Shown here: in pieces, positions 1 through 10,190 of the stretch
Layout: the number at the start of each line of letters is the position of its first letter
Numbering within the stretch: the first letter of the stretch is position 1
NCBI GenBank assembly: GCA_022710715.1
Contig: JAKLGJ010000004.1
Span: 128,166-192,165 of the forward strand
Reading direction: 5' to 3'
Length of the DNA stretch: 64,000 nt
From: Candidatus Omnitrophota bacterium
Lineage (GTDB): Bacteria > Omnitrophota > Gorgyraeia > Gygaellales > Profunditerraquicolaceae
The notes under the pieces: generated by a model
Told to the model about the DNA's origin: nothing
Databases searched by the model: none
The model's input: the letters and a program-made list of their open reading frames with translations, nothing else
Translations under genes and position numbers: made by a program

Positions 1-255
1 CCCGCGGCCGCGCCTGAAGCAGCCGTTGCCGCCGCACCCGCAGCAGAACAGCAGGAACAACCGCAGAATGACGGCGGGTTGAGTCAATTGCCCGGTGTTG
101 GAGAGAAGACGCTTGCTTTATTGCAGGCAGGGGGATTCGTCTCCTTGAACGACATCGCGCAGGCCGAGGAGAGCAAACTTACGGAGATTAAGGGGATCGG
201 CGAGAAGAAAGCGCAGACTCTGATCAAAGAAGCCAAGAAACTACTCGCAAAATAA
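1..255 (+). CDS. nusA: Transcription termination/antitermination factor NusA, C-terminal fragment (5' end outside the window)
   Basis: Frame 1 is open from base 1 to TAA at 253-255. It translates to ...GLSQLPGVGEKTLALLQAGGFVSLNDIAQAEESKLTEIKGIGEKKAQTLIKEAKKLLAK, a helix-hairpin-helix repeat typical of the NusA C-terminus, and infB follows immediately as in the conserved nusA-infB arrangement. Confidence 0.7.
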   Translation, partial: PAAAPEAAVAAAPAAEQQEQPQNDGGLSQLPGVGEKTLALLQAGGFVSLNDIAQAEESKLTEIKGIGEKKAQTLIKEAKKLLAK

Positions 256-264
256 GCAGGGAAA

Positions 265-2460
265 ATGGAAGAAAAAACTAAGAAGCCAAAAGCCAAGGTC
301 GCGACCAAGCCGAAAGAAAAACCGGCGGTAAAAACCGTTAAACCTAAAGCGGCACCCGTCAAGCGCGCGCCCAGGGCGGTCAAACCTAAAGAAGAGATTG
401 TGGCCAGGCCGAAAGAGGCCGCGGAAGTCAAACCGAAGCGCAAAGTAGCGGTAAAGAAAAAGGAAGCCGTTATTGTTGCTGCGCCGGTTGCCGAAGCGAA
501 GCCGGCAGCCAGCGTTGCTGCCGCGCCTGCGTCTGTTGCCGCGCCTGCAACTGCTGCGGCGCCTGTTCACGCCGGTCCGGTACATGCAAAACCTCCGGTT
601 GTCGAAAAACCGAAAGTTGCGCCACAGCCTGCGGTTGTCGCAAAGCCCGCGCCGAAAGTAGAGCCGGCGGCAGAAGAAAAACCCGCGGTTGCCGTTGCGA
701 CGAAAGAATTGGAGCTGGAATTCCCGATAAGCGTCAAGGATCTTTCGGTCAAGCTGCAGTTAAAACCATCGGCGCTGATCAAAGATTTGATGAGTATGAG
801 GGTAATGGCCGGGATCAATCAGAATCTTGATCCGCAGATCGTTGCAACCGTTTGTCAGAAATACGGCTACACGGTCAAAGAGGCGCCCAATGAGGAAGAA
901 GTCGCTCTCGGTCAGCATACGGAGCAGGATGCTCCGGAATCCTTGCGGTCACGCGCCCCCATTGTTACGATTATGGGGCATGTCGATCACGGCAAAACCT
1001 CCATTCTCGACGCTATCCGTAAGAGCAAAGTAGCGGAAAACGAGCATGGCGGCATTACCCAGCATATCGGCGCTTATCGCGTCAAGTTACCGCAGGGAGA
1101 AATTACTTTCCTCGACACGCCCGGCCATGAAGCGTTTACCGCGATGCGCGCCAGAGGCGCCAGCGTAACCGATATTGTGGTCCTGGTTGTGGCGGCGGAC
1201 GACGGGATCATGCCTCAAACCAAGGAAGCCATCGATCATTCCCGCGCGGCGGGAGTAAGTATTATTGTGGCCATCAACAAGATGGATAAGGCCGGAGCTG
1301 AACCTGACCGGGTGAAAAAACAGCTTAATGAGCTTGGTCTGGTTGCCGAGGACTGGGGCGGTAAGACGATCACGGTTCCGGTCTCGGCCAAGACAGGCCA
1401 GGGGATCGAGACGCTGCTGGAGATGATCCTGCTGGAAGCGCAAATGCTGGAGCTGAAAGCCAATCCGCACCGTCCGGGAAAAGGCGTGGTGCTGGAGGGT
1501 AAACTGGTCAAGAGCAGGGGGCCGGTAGCGACGCTTCTGATCCAGAACGGCACGCTGCATTTGAACGATAATATTATCGTGGGTAATTACTACGGTAAGG
1601 TCCGCGCTATGTTCGACGACCATCGGCAGCCGGTGGTGAGCGCCGGGCCGTCTTACCCGGTGGAAGTGCTGGGCATTACCGATGTCGCTCTGGCCGGCGA
1701 GCAGTTTTTTGTGATGAGCGAGGAGCGACAAGCCAAGGAACTCGCGGCGCAGCGCCAGGAGAAGGTGCGCCAGCACCAGATGCAGCCAGTCAAGCGCATG
1801 AGCCTGGAAGATCTCTATACCCAGATCAAGGACGGCAAACTCAAGGAATTGAAACTCATTCTCAAGGCTGACGCCCAGGGATCTCTGGAAGCGATCAAGG
1901 AAGCGATTCAAAAGGTCCAGCCGCCGGAAGAAGTGCAATTCGTGATCCTGCATGACGATGTCGGCAGCATCACTGCTTCCGACGTCATGCTGGCCGTGGC
2001 TTCACAGGCGCTGATACTCGGGTTCAATGTCACTCCCGACGCCGGGGCAAAAGAATTGATCGATAAGGAAGGCCAGGACGTGCGGGTGTATAATGTCATC
2101 TACGAACTGGTCAATGATATTAAGGCTGCGCTGGAAGGCATGCTTTCGCCTAAACTCAAGAAGGTCTTCCTGGGCAGGGCTGACGTGAGGAAGGTGTTCA
2201 GGTTATCCAGTTCCGGGACCATCGCCGGCTGTTATGTGACCAAGGGGAAGATCAACCGCCGCGCTTCCATTGCGCTGGTCCGCAACGGCAAGGAAATTTT
2301 TCAGGGAGAACTTTCTTCGCTGAAGCGTTTTAAAGACGATGTCCGCGACGTGGAAGAGGGTTTCGAATGCGGCATGGCCATAAAAGGTTTCAGCGAAGTC
2401 ATGGAAGGCGACGTCATTGAGGCATACGAAATTCAGAAGATTGCCCGGACCCTCGAATAA
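265..2460 (+). CDS. infB: Translation initiation factor IF-2
   Basis: The G domain [19 protein letters not shown], the DTPGHEAF motif, NKMDK and an overall length of 731 aa. The N-terminal ~190 aa is a Lys/Ala/Pro/Val-rich low-complexity linker. The RBS gcaggga sits upstream of ATG 265. Confidence 0.95.
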   Translation: MEEKTKKPKAKVATKPKEKPAVKTVKPKAAPVKRAPRAVKPKEEIVARPKEAAEVKPKRKVAVKKKEAVIVAAPVAEAKPAASVAAAPASVAAPATAAAPVHAGPVHAKPPVVEKPKVAPQPAVVAKPAPKVEPAAEEKPAVAVATKELELEFPISVKDLSVKLQLKPSALIKDLMSMRVMAGINQNLDPQIVATVCQKYGYTVKEAPNEEEVALGQHTEQDAPESLRSRAPIVTIMGHVDHGKTSILDAIRKSKVAENEHGGITQHIGAYRVKLPQGEITFLDTPGHEAFTAMRARGASVTDIVVLVVAADDGIMPQTKEAIDHSRAAGVSIIVAINKMDKAGAEPDRVKKQLNELGLVAEDWGGKTITVPVSAKTGQGIETLLEMILLEAQMLELKANPHRPGKGVVLEGKLVKSRGPVATLLIQNGTLHLNDNIIVGNYYGKVRAMFDDHRQPVVSAGPSYPVEVLGITDVALAGEQFFVMSEERQAKELAAQRQEKVRQHQMQPVKRMSLEDLYTQIKDGKLKELKLILKADAQGSLEAIKEAIQKVQPPEEVQFVILHDDVGSITASDVMLAVASQALILGFNVTPDAGAKELIDKEGQDVRVYNVIYELVNDIKAALEGMLSPKLKKVFLGRADVRKVFRLSSSGTIAGCYVTKGKINRRASIALVRNGKEIFQGELSSLKRFKDDVRDVEEGFECGMAIKGFSEVMEGDVIEAYEIQKIARTLE

Positions 2461-2466
2461 CAGGCT

Positions 2467-3456
2467 ATGGCTTCACAGAAAAAAAAGATCCTTAGCGGTA
2501 TGCGGCCTACAGGCAAGCTGCATCTTGGGCACCTGGTAGGAACGCTGGATAACTGGATCAAGCTGCAGGAAGAGTACGAATGTTTTTACATGGTCGCGGA
2601 CTGGCACGCATTGATGGGCGAGTACGAACATCCCCAGGAAATGCCCGCAGCGATCATCGATAACGTTGTCGACTGGTTGAGCGTCGGCATCGATCCCTCC
2701 AAAGCAACGCTGTTTATCCAATCCGAAGTCTTTCAGCATCTGGAACTGCACATGGTTTTTTCCTGCCTGACCCCGCTGGGGTGGCTGGAGCGTTGTCCGA
2801 CGTACAAAGAACAGATGCGCGAAGTCACCACGCGCAACCTCAATACCTACGGATTCCTGGGATATCCGGTTCTGCAGGCCGCGGACATTCTGCTCTATAA
2901 AGCGGAGAAGGTCCCGGTGGGAGAAGACCAGCTTCCCCATCTGGAACTGACCCGCGAGATCGCCCGGAGGTTCAACGGGCTTTACGGCCGGCAGGTTTTT
3001 CCCGAACCCGACGGATTGCTGACTGCGGCATCGCGGCTGCCCGGCCTTGACGGCAGGAAGATGAGTAAAAGTTATAACAATACCATCAATCTTTCCGACG
3101 ATGAAACGGCGGTGCGCCAGAAAGTGCAAACGATGATTACCGATCCCCAGCGCATCAAATTGAGCGATAAGGGGCACCCGGATATCTGCAACGTCTTTTC
3201 GTACTATTCGATCTTCGCTCCGCAGGTCAGAGAAGAGGTGTCGGCCTGGTGCACCGGAGCGAGCGTAGGCTGCACCGAATGCAAAAAGCGCCTGGCCGGC
3301 CATCTGGTGGAGAAACTGGCGCCGTTCAACCGGCGTCGCCGGGAATTACTTGAAGATAAGCAAACAATCCGCGACATCCTCGCTGAAGGAAGGAAAAAAG
3401 CGCAGGCGGTCGCGGCTGCCACCATGGATGACGTCCGGGCGGCCATGGGCCTATGA
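2467..3456 (+). CDS. trpS: Tryptophan--tRNA ligase
   Basis: Class I aminoacyl-tRNA synthetase motifs GMRPTGKLHLGHLVG (HIGH) and KMSKS, and the 329 aa size typical of TrpS. Confidence 0.9.
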   Translation: MASQKKKILSGMRPTGKLHLGHLVGTLDNWIKLQEEYECFYMVADWHALMGEYEHPQEMPAAIIDNVVDWLSVGIDPSKATLFIQSEVFQHLELHMVFSCLTPLGWLERCPTYKEQMREVTTRNLNTYGFLGYPVLQAADILLYKAEKVPVGEDQLPHLELTREIARRFNGLYGRQVFPEPDGLLTAASRLPGLDGRKMSKSYNNTINLSDDETAVRQKVQTMITDPQRIKLSDKGHPDICNVFSYYSIFAPQVREEVSAWCTGASVGCTECKKRLAGHLVEKLAPFNRRRRELLEDKQTIRDILAEGRKKAQAVAAATMDDVRAAMGL

Positions 3457-4259
3457 GCTATAAGATCAAAATAGAACTTTTCGAAGGTCCGCTGGACCTG
3501 CTGCTGTATCTGGTCAAGAAGGACCATTTGAATATCTACGATATACCGATTACCCAGGTAACCGAGCAATACCTGCAGTATCTCGACCTGATGAAATTTC
3601 TCGATCTCAATATCGCGGGAGAATTCCTGGTCATGGCGGCGACATTGCTGCAGATCAAATCCAAGATGCTGCTTCCGGCCCAGGAGAACGAGCAGGTCGA
3701 GGAAGAGGATCCCCGCGCCGATCTGGTCCAGCAGCTGCTGGAATACGAACGGTTCAAGGAGATCGCCCAGGAGCTTAAAAAGCGGGAAACCGAGCAGCAG
3801 GATATTTTCAAGCGGCCGCGCATCATAGAAAAGGAGATTCCGGCCAAAGATGGAGCGGTCGATTTCTTCGAAGCCAGCATTTTCGATCTTATCTCGGCGT
3901 TCTCCCGGGCGTTGCAGGAGACACCCCGCGATGTTTTCTACAATGTCATCAAGGAAGAGTTCACCATTGAACAGAAAGTGCACGACATCCTCCATGATCT
4001 GCTGTTGCGCTCGTCGTTGACGCTCTCCGGGTTGTTTGCCCGCGCCAAGAGCAAGATCGAGATCATCGTGACTTTCCTGGCGGTACTGGAGTTGACCAGG
4101 ATGAAAGAGATCATCGCCTGCCAGCGCGAACATTTCGGCGAGATCGAGATCATCCGGAACCAGAACAATATCGTGCCTGTTACCCGTGCGGACCAAACCG
4201 ATGAAAAAGAAGATCAAACAGACGCCCGGCCCGATGAAGGGCGCGGTCAATCCGGCTGA
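3453..4259 (+). CDS. scpA: Segregation and condensation protein A
   Basis: N-terminus MSYKIKIELFEGPLDLLLYLVKKDHLNIYDIPITQVTEQYL is the ScpA kleisin signature. The start overlaps the trpS stop by 4 nt. Confidence 0.85.
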   Translation: MSYKIKIELFEGPLDLLLYLVKKDHLNIYDIPITQVTEQYLQYLDLMKFLDLNIAGEFLVMAATLLQIKSKMLLPAQENEQVEEEDPRADLVQQLLEYERFKEIAQELKKRETEQQDIFKRPRIIEKEIPAKDGAVDFFEASIFDLISAFSRALQETPRDVFYNVIKEEFTIEQKVHDILHDLLLRSSLTLSGLFARAKSKIEIIVTFLAVLELTRMKEIIACQREHFGEIEIIRNQNNIVPVTRADQTDEKEDQTDARPDEGRGQSG

Positions 4260-5322
4260 AGACGATCCCGAAGCAGCGCGTATCGGATTCAAGGCCGACG
4301 CGTTCCCGCAGCAGTTCTTGCGTCCCGAGGCCGAGAGCGAAGAAGATACCGTCCTGAACATTTCCCTGCGGCCGGCAAAGCTGGCTGATTTTGTCGGACA
4401 AAAGGATGTGGTTGACAAGCTCACCGTATGCATCGACGCCGCCAAGCAGCGTAAAGAACAACTCGAGCACGTGCTGCTTTCCGGTCCTCCCGGTCTGGGC
4501 AAGACCTGTCTTGCGCACATCATCTCGCATGAAATGCGTTCCAAGATCACCGTCACGTCCGGCCCGGCCATCGCCCGCGCAGGCGACCTGATCGGTATCC
4601 TGACCAATCTTGAAAAAGGGGATATCCTGTTTATCGACGAGATCCACCGGCTCTCGAAAGTGGTGGAAGAGTTCCTCTATCCGGCGATGGAGGACTTCGA
4701 GATAGATTTCGTGATCGACAAAGGTCCCTACGCCAAAACGATCAAGTTCCATCTCAAGCCATTCACCCTGGTAGGCGCCACTACGCGGTCGGGATTGCTG
4801 ACGTCGCCGCTGCGCAGCCGGTTCGGCATCCTGTATCATCTGGATTTCTACGGGGTGGAAGAACTGGCGGAAATCGTCAAGCATTCGGCACAGCTGTTGC
4901 ATATGGAGATCGACCGCGAGGCAACCCTTGAGATCGCCCGCCGCGCCCGCGGCACGCCGCGTATCGCTAACCGGTTGTTGAGACGGGTCCGGGATTACGC
5001 CCAGGTAGCCGGGATCAAAACTATCGGCAAAGAGCAGGCGGTAAGTTCTCTCAACGGGTTGGGCATCGACACTTCGGGGCTGGACGAAATGGACCGTAAA
5101 GTTCTGCGGGTGCTGCTGGAAACCTTTGACGGCGGCCCGGTAGGCGTGGAATCGCTGGCGGCGAGTCTGAACGAGGAAGTCGATACGCTGGTGGATACCG
5201 TCGAACCGTTCCTTCTGAAAGCCGGATATCTTAAACGGACCTCCCGCGGCCGGGTGGCCACAAAGCTGTCCTTCGCCCATTTCGGGCTGACGCCGAAAGA
5301 AAAGCAGGCGGAGTTGTTTTAG
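4186..5322 (+). CDS. ruvB: Holliday junction branch migration ATPase RuvB
   Basis: LRPAKLADFVGQ, the Walker A box GPPGLGKTCLAHI, DEIHRL, the sensor region and GTPRIANRLLRRVRD all align closely with E. coli RuvB. The start is uncertain (ATG 4186 or 4201), and either one overlaps the scpA 3' end. Confidence 0.9.
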   Translation: MRTKPMKKKIKQTPGPMKGAVNPAEDDPEAARIGFKADAFPQQFLRPEAESEEDTVLNISLRPAKLADFVGQKDVVDKLTVCIDAAKQRKEQLEHVLLSGPPGLGKTCLAHIISHEMRSKITVTSGPAIARAGDLIGILTNLEKGDILFIDEIHRLSKVVEEFLYPAMEDFEIDFVIDKGPYAKTIKFHLKPFTLVGATTRSGLLTSPLRSRFGILYHLDFYGVEELAEIVKHSAQLLHMEIDREATLEIARRARGTPRIANRLLRRVRDYAQVAGIKTIGKEQAVSSLNGLGIDTSGLDEMDRKVLRVLLETFDGGPVGVESLAASLNEEVDTLVDTVEPFLLKAGYLKRTSRGRVATKLSFAHFGLTPKEKQAELF

Positions 5323-5397
5323 CGGAACATGGGCGTGCATTCCCTCCCCGATCCCATTCCTGTTAATCACCGGTATCGTTATTCTTTTTTCTCACCT

Positions 5398-6546
5398 ATG
5401 GCTCCCGCGATAAAACGTTTTGTGTGCAGTGTCGTTTGTCTGGCAGCCGCGGCCGGGTTGAGCGCGGCGGCGTTCGCCGCAGACACCGCCATCCGGGTCC
5501 GCGTGCTGGAAGCTTCCCGCAGCGTGTCTGTCGAGATAGCGGGGGCGTTCTCCATTATCGACCAGGCCAGCGGCCATGTCCTCTACCAGGCAGCCGGGGC
5601 GTCGGCGCGACTGACGTCTGATCCGCAGGGACTGGTGTTCGGCAATCGCCGGCTGGCATCCAGGGATATCGTTATCGCCGGCGAACCGGCGGTTGCGGTG
5701 TCGCTGAACAAGCGCAGCTACCGCGGCACGCTGCGTTGCACGCTGCTGCCGGACGGGAACGTGCGCTGCATCAATACCATTAATGTGGAAGCGTATGTCA
5801 AAGGCATAGCCATCAGGGAGATCTCGCATTACTGGCCCAAAGAGGCTCTGCGGGCGCATGCGGTGGTTTTTCGGACCTATGCGCTGTATCAGATGCGGCA
5901 GAATAAAGCCAATCCCTTCGACGTGACCAGCGATGTGTATTCGCAGGTGTATGGCGGCAAAGACGCCGAGCGGTATCGTATCAGCGAAGCGGTCGATGAA
6001 ACCAAGGGGGAGGTTTTGACCTATCGTCAGGCGTTGATCCCGGCTTTCTACCATTCCACCTGCGGCGGCGCTACAGAAGACGCCGGCGAGCTCTGGGATA
6101 TGCGCATCGGGCCGCTGGCCGGGCAGATCTGCCCCTATTGCCAGGAAGCGCCGTATTACCGCTGGAAGGCGCAGGTTAAAGCAAAAACTATCTGCCGCGC
6201 GTTACGCGCCGGCGGATATCCCTGCGCGGAAATCCGCGATATCACCGTCATCAGCCGGACCGCTTCGTCGCGGGCAAAGGAGATCAAGATCGGCGGTTCC
6301 GGACAACCGGTTTTGCTTTCCGGCAAGACGTTCAGGGCGCTTCTGGGAGCGGATGTGATCCGCAGCACCCGGTTTCAGGTAAAGCGCGCCGGCGACGGTT
6401 TTGTTTTCTCGGGGGAAGGGTGGGGCCACGGGGTGGGCTTATGCCAGTGGGGAGCGTACGCCATGGCCAAGGGCGGGTCAACCTATGTCGAGATACTGCA
6501 GCAGTACTATCCCGGAACGCAACTTGAGACCTATGAAACTTTCTGA
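5398..6546 (+). CDS. SpoIID/LytB domain protein (secreted amidase-enhancer family)
   Basis: Signal peptide MAPAIKRFVCSVVCLAAAAGLSAAAFA, and the SpoIID/LytB signatures HSTCGG and GWGHGVGLCQWGA. Start taken at ATG 5398 within ORF 5329. Confidence 0.8.
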   Translation: MAPAIKRFVCSVVCLAAAAGLSAAAFAADTAIRVRVLEASRSVSVEIAGAFSIIDQASGHVLYQAAGASARLTSDPQGLVFGNRRLASRDIVIAGEPAVAVSLNKRSYRGTLRCTLLPDGNVRCINTINVEAYVKGIAIREISHYWPKEALRAHAVVFRTYALYQMRQNKANPFDVTSDVYSQVYGGKDAERYRISEAVDETKGEVLTYRQALIPAFYHSTCGGATEDAGELWDMRIGPLAGQICPYCQEAPYYRWKAQVKAKTICRALRAGGYPCAEIRDITVISRTASSRAKEIKIGGSGQPVLLSGKTFRALLGADVIRSTRFQVKRAGDGFVFSGEGWGHGVGLCQWGAYAMAKGGSTYVEILQQYYPGTQLETYETF

Positions 6547-7519
6547 ATTCGATTATCATCTGCCCAGGGAACTTATCGCGCAGCATCCTCTTCTCGAACG
6601 CGACGCCGCTCGGCTGATGGTGGTGCATCGTAAGGAAAACCGCATCGAGCATCGCATCTTCAGGGATATCGCCGGCTATCTCCGCTCCGGTGACCTCCTG
6701 GTGCTCAACAACACCAGGGTCGTCGCCTGCCGTCTGCGCGGCAAGCGCGCTACCGGAGGGGCGGTGGAGGTGTTCCTGGTAAAAGACAAGGGCGGGCTGG
6801 TTTTCGAAGCCCTGATCAGTCCGCTGCGCGTTCATCCGGGCGAGAGGATATTTTTCAAGAACGGCCTGTCCTGTGAGCTGTGCGCGAACAGGGAGGTGGC
6901 TTTTTCCGGCGTCACCCTTTCCGAGATCTATGCCGCCGGTGAAATTCCCCTGCCGCCGTATATCAAGCGGCCCCTGGAGGAGTCGGATGCGCAGTATTAT
7001 CAAACCGTGTATGCCCGCGATGACGGCTCGGTGGCTTCTCCCACCGCGGGACTTCATTTCACCCGGGAACTGCTGGACCGGTTGCAGTCGCAGGGCGTGC
7101 GAGAGGAGTATGTTACTCTTCACGTCGGCCTGGCCACGTTCAAGGCGGTGACCAGCGATTCCGTTACCGATCACCAGATGGGTAAGGAATACATGGATAT
7201 TCCTTCGGGCGTACAGGAAGCCGTTCGTCAGATCCGCCGGCCGCCGGGCAGGATCGTTGCCGTGGGTACCACCAGCTGCCGGACGCTGGAGAGTTTTGCC
7301 GCCGGCATGAGCCGGGGATATACCGATCTCTTCATCTATCCGGGATATGCTTTTCAGTTGACGGACGCATTGCTGACGAATTTTCATCTGCCCAAGACCA
7401 CTCTTTTTATGCTGGTGTGCGCTTTCGCCGGCACCGATCTGGCCCGCCGCGCCTATCAGGAGGCGGTTGATCGGTGTTACCGTTTTTACAGCTACGGCGA
7501 CGCGATGCTGATCGTTTGA
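6533..7519 (+). CDS. queA: S-adenosylmethionine:tRNA ribosyltransferase-isomerase
   Basis: N-terminus MKLSEFDYHLPRELIAQHPLLERDAARLMVV and LPPYIKR match QueA. Start is ATG 6533 inside ORF 6401. Confidence 0.9.
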   Translation: MKLSEFDYHLPRELIAQHPLLERDAARLMVVHRKENRIEHRIFRDIAGYLRSGDLLVLNNTRVVACRLRGKRATGGAVEVFLVKDKGGLVFEALISPLRVHPGERIFFKNGLSCELCANREVAFSGVTLSEIYAAGEIPLPPYIKRPLEESDAQYYQTVYARDDGSVASPTAGLHFTRELLDRLQSQGVREEYVTLHVGLATFKAVTSDSVTDHQMGKEYMDIPSGVQEAVRQIRRPPGRIVAVGTTSCRTLESFAAGMSRGYTDLFIYPGYAFQLTDALLTNFHLPKTTLFMLVCAFAGTDLARRAYQEAVDRCYRFYSYGDAMLIV

Positions 7520-7605
7520 GCGGCGCAGCGGAAAATCATTGACGTAGCCTCCGGCGGCATGCTACGATGGGGGGTGCTTTTCAAAGCAGCAATGAAGGAG
7601 AATCC

Positions 7606-9555
7606 GTGATCGCTGAAGTCAATATCAGATTCACACGCCGCCTGCTGGTCGTATCCCGCTGGGCGGGTTTTCTGGTTATGGCCATGGGGGGAATCGTTCT
7701 GGCGGGCTGGACGTTACGGTCGCCGGCTATCCTGATGATATTCCCCCGCCAGAGTCCGATGACTCCCTGGACCGCGGTGTGTTTTGTCCTCTACGGCATA
7801 GCGTTGCTGGGCTCGCAGGAAGGCGGTTCCGATCGCCGGCAGCTTTACCTGCGCACTATCTGTATCTGGTCCGTCGTCTTTCTCGCCGCATTGGTTCTCG
7901 CCGAATACGTTTTTAAATTCTCCGCAGGGATAGATACGCTTTTATTCGCCTCCGCCCTTAACGCTTTTATGCCGCAGTTTCCCGGCCGGATGTCGCCTCT
8001 TTCGACGCTGGGTTTCTTGTTGAGCGGCATGGCCCTGGCCAACCTGGACATGAAAACCTGCCGGGGCAGCCGGCCCGGTCAGGGCGCCGCTCTGTGCGTC
8101 GGCGTCCTGGCATTGCTGGGGCTCCTGGGGTACGCCTACGGCATAGACAGTTTCTACAAATTCAGCTTTTATAAGCCGATGGCGCTGCATACGGCGATCG
8201 CTTTCATGCTGCTGGCCATCGGGCTGCTTAGCGCCCGCCCGTCCTGCGGTTTCATGACGGTTTTTGTCAGCGACAGCGAAGGCGGGATCATGGCCCGCAG
8301 GCTGCTGCTCTTTGCGGTGGCCGCGCCTTTTTTACTCGGCTTGCTGCTGCTCGAATATCATCGCCTGGGCTGGTATGACGTAACCTTCGCTTTTTCCCTG
8401 CTGATCTTCCTGATCATCGTTGTCTTTACCGCAGTTATCTGGATCAATGCGATTTCTTTGCATCGCATCGACCTCAAACGCTTGCGCATCGAGCAGATGC
8501 TGCGGGAGAACGAGGATAAATACCGGACCATATTCGAGACGGCCGGTTCAGCCATGGCCATCTTCGAGGAGGATCGGACGATTTCGCTGGTGAATACCGA
8601 ATTCGAGAAGCTTTCGGGGTTTGCCAGGGAGGACATCGAAACGCGCAAGTCCTGGGAAGAGTTCGTCGCCAATGACGTCGATCTCAAAAAAATGCGCGAG
8701 TATCACCGGCAGCGGCGCGTCGAGCCTTTTTCCGCTCCGCGCACATACGAGTTCAAGTTCATCGACCGTTACGGGATGATCAAGGATATCTTCATGACCG
8801 TCGCGATGATCCCGGCCACCACCAAGAGCATCGCTTCGTTGATGGATATCACCGAACGCAAGCGCATCGAACGGATGAAAAGCGATTTCGTTTCCCTGGT
8901 ATCGCATCAGCTCAAGACGCCCGTCGCCGAGATCAACGGGTACGTGTTCAATCTCCTCACCGGGATCGCCGGCGCATTGACCCCCAAGCAGCGGGAATAT
9001 CTCGAAGAAATGCAGGAGATCAGCGGCAAGAACTACCGTCTTATTTCCGACCTGCTCAATGTTTCGCGGCTGGAACGGGGCGTCATCTCCATGGATATCC
9101 GTCCGGTGGCGGTAAAGGATCTGGTGGAAATGTCGCTGCAGGATTATTATGAGCGGCTCAAAAAGCAAAATCTGGTTTTACAATTGGGAGGGCTGGAGCA
9201 GGAGATCTTCGTTAACGCCGATAAGGAAAAAGTGATCGAGGTGATCGGCAACGTTCTTAATAACGCGATAAAATTCACCAGCCAGGGAACTATCGGTATC
9301 GTCGTGACGGTTAAAGAAGACACCGCGCGCATCTCTATCAGCGATACCGGCGCAGGCATCCCGCCGCACCGGCTGGAAAAACTGTTCACCAAAGACCAGA
9401 TGCTTGAAGGCGGTCCTGTCGCCGGAGGAGGAGCGGGCCTGGGGTTGTACATCGCCAAACAGTTCATGCTGCTGCAAAAAGGGGACATAACCGTTGTTTC
9501 ACAGGTGGGCAAGGGGACTACGTTCGAGATCAGCTTGCCTATTGCCGATCAATAA
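7606..9555 (+). CDS. Sensor histidine kinase (multi-TM N-terminal sensor, PAS, HisKA, HATPase)
   Basis: About 290 aa with 6-8 predicted TM helices, then a PAS-like region after the last TM helix, the H-box SHQLKTP and the ATPase N/G boxes (NAIKFT, DTGAGI, GLGL). The most plausible start is GTG 7606, which follows the RBS aaggag. The table ORF begins at ATG 7567, which is adjacent to a -10-like hexamer. Confidence 0.8.
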   Translation: MIAEVNIRFTRRLLVVSRWAGFLVMAMGGIVLAGWTLRSPAILMIFPRQSPMTPWTAVCFVLYGIALLGSQEGGSDRRQLYLRTICIWSVVFLAALVLAEYVFKFSAGIDTLLFASALNAFMPQFPGRMSPLSTLGFLLSGMALANLDMKTCRGSRPGQGAALCVGVLALLGLLGYAYGIDSFYKFSFYKPMALHTAIAFMLLAIGLLSARPSCGFMTVFVSDSEGGIMARRLLLFAVAAPFLLGLLLLEYHRLGWYDVTFAFSLLIFLIIVVFTAVIWINAISLHRIDLKRLRIEQMLRENEDKYRTIFETAGSAMAIFEEDRTISLVNTEFEKLSGFAREDIETRKSWEEFVANDVDLKKMREYHRQRRVEPFSAPRTYEFKFIDRYGMIKDIFMTVAMIPATTKSIASLMDITERKRIERMKSDFVSLVSHQLKTPVAEINGYVFNLLTGIAGALTPKQREYLEEMQEISGKNYRLISDLLNVSRLERGVISMDIRPVAVKDLVEMSLQDYYERLKKQNLVLQLGGLEQEIFVNADKEKVIEVIGNVLNNAIKFTSQGTIGIVVTVKEDTARISISDTGAGIPPHRLEKLFTKDQMLEGGPVAGGGAGLGLYIAKQFMLLQKGDITVVSQVGKGTTFEISLPIADQ

Positions 9556-9581
9556 TCAGCACCAATAAACCGGAGGATAGC

Positions 9582-10178
9582 ATGGCCCAAGCGAAGGCAA
9601 CAATTCTGATCATTGAAGATGAACCGGGTTTTCGCAAGATCTACAAGGATTTCCTGCAGAATGAAGGGTATACCGTGCTCGAAGCCGACGACGGAGATAA
9701 AGGGCTGATCCTGATCAATTCCGCGCATCCGGACCTGGTCCTGCTCGATCTGGTATTGCCCCAGGTCAACGGTTTTGAAGTCCTGACCAGGCTGCGCGCT
9801 GCGGAAGCGACCAAGGACCTTCCGGTAATCATCTTTTCCGTATTAGGCGAGCGCGATACGGTCAAAAAAGGGCTGGAATTGGGCGCCAGCGATTTCGCAG
9901 TCAAAGGATTTTATTCTCCCGGCGAGATGTTGAGCAAGATCAGATCGCTCTTGTTCAAATCGGATATGCACAAGCACATGGTTACCTATAAAGTGGATGT
10001 TGCCGAAACAAGGGTCGATGCCCCCAAGCTGGAGCAGGATATGGGCATGACCAAATTATTCGAATGCCCGCATTGCAAGTCCAGGATACATCTTGAATTG
10101 ATTCCGGATTATACCCGCACCGACGGGCACTGGTTCTCCGCGCATTTTATCTGCCCGGGATGCAAGACGCAGTTTTAA
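9582..10178 (+). CDS. Response regulator: REC domain fused to a C-terminal double-CxxC zinc-ribbon
   Basis: The receiver domain has the acidic pocket EDE and the phospho-acceptor in LVLLDLVLP. The C-terminus CPHCKSRIHLELIPDY...FICPGCKTQF carries two CxxC pairs. It lies immediately downstream of the histidine kinase. Confidence 0.8.
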   Translation: MAQAKATILIIEDEPGFRKIYKDFLQNEGYTVLEADDGDKGLILINSAHPDLVLLDLVLPQVNGFEVLTRLRAAEATKDLPVIIFSVLGERDTVKKGLELGASDFAVKGFYSPGEMLSKIRSLLFKSDMHKHMVTYKVDVAETRVDAPKLEQDMGMTKLFECPHCKSRIHLELIPDYTRTDGHWFSAHFICPGCKTQF

Positions 10179-10190
10179 GATCGGGGACGT

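Noticed and set aside
265-900. Repetitive K/A/P/V-rich N-terminal region of IF-2 as a possible separate repeat element.
   Set aside because: Low-complexity N-terminal linkers are a normal feature of bacterial IF-2. The frame is continuous with the G domain.
3453-5322. scpA without scpB and ruvB without ruvA as possible gene loss.
   Set aside because: The partner genes are often encoded elsewhere. Their absence from a 64-kb window is not informative.
1087-5370. Long − strand ORFs (for example 1087..1953, 3204..4607, 4180..5370) antisense to infB, scpA and ruvB, and many similar antisense ORFs throughout the window.
   Set aside because: They overlap well-supported + strand genes with strong family signatures. 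Their translations are low-complexity and rich in Arg/Pro/Gly, as expected from the antisense strand of GC-rich coding DNA. They have no RBS and no recognisable motifs.
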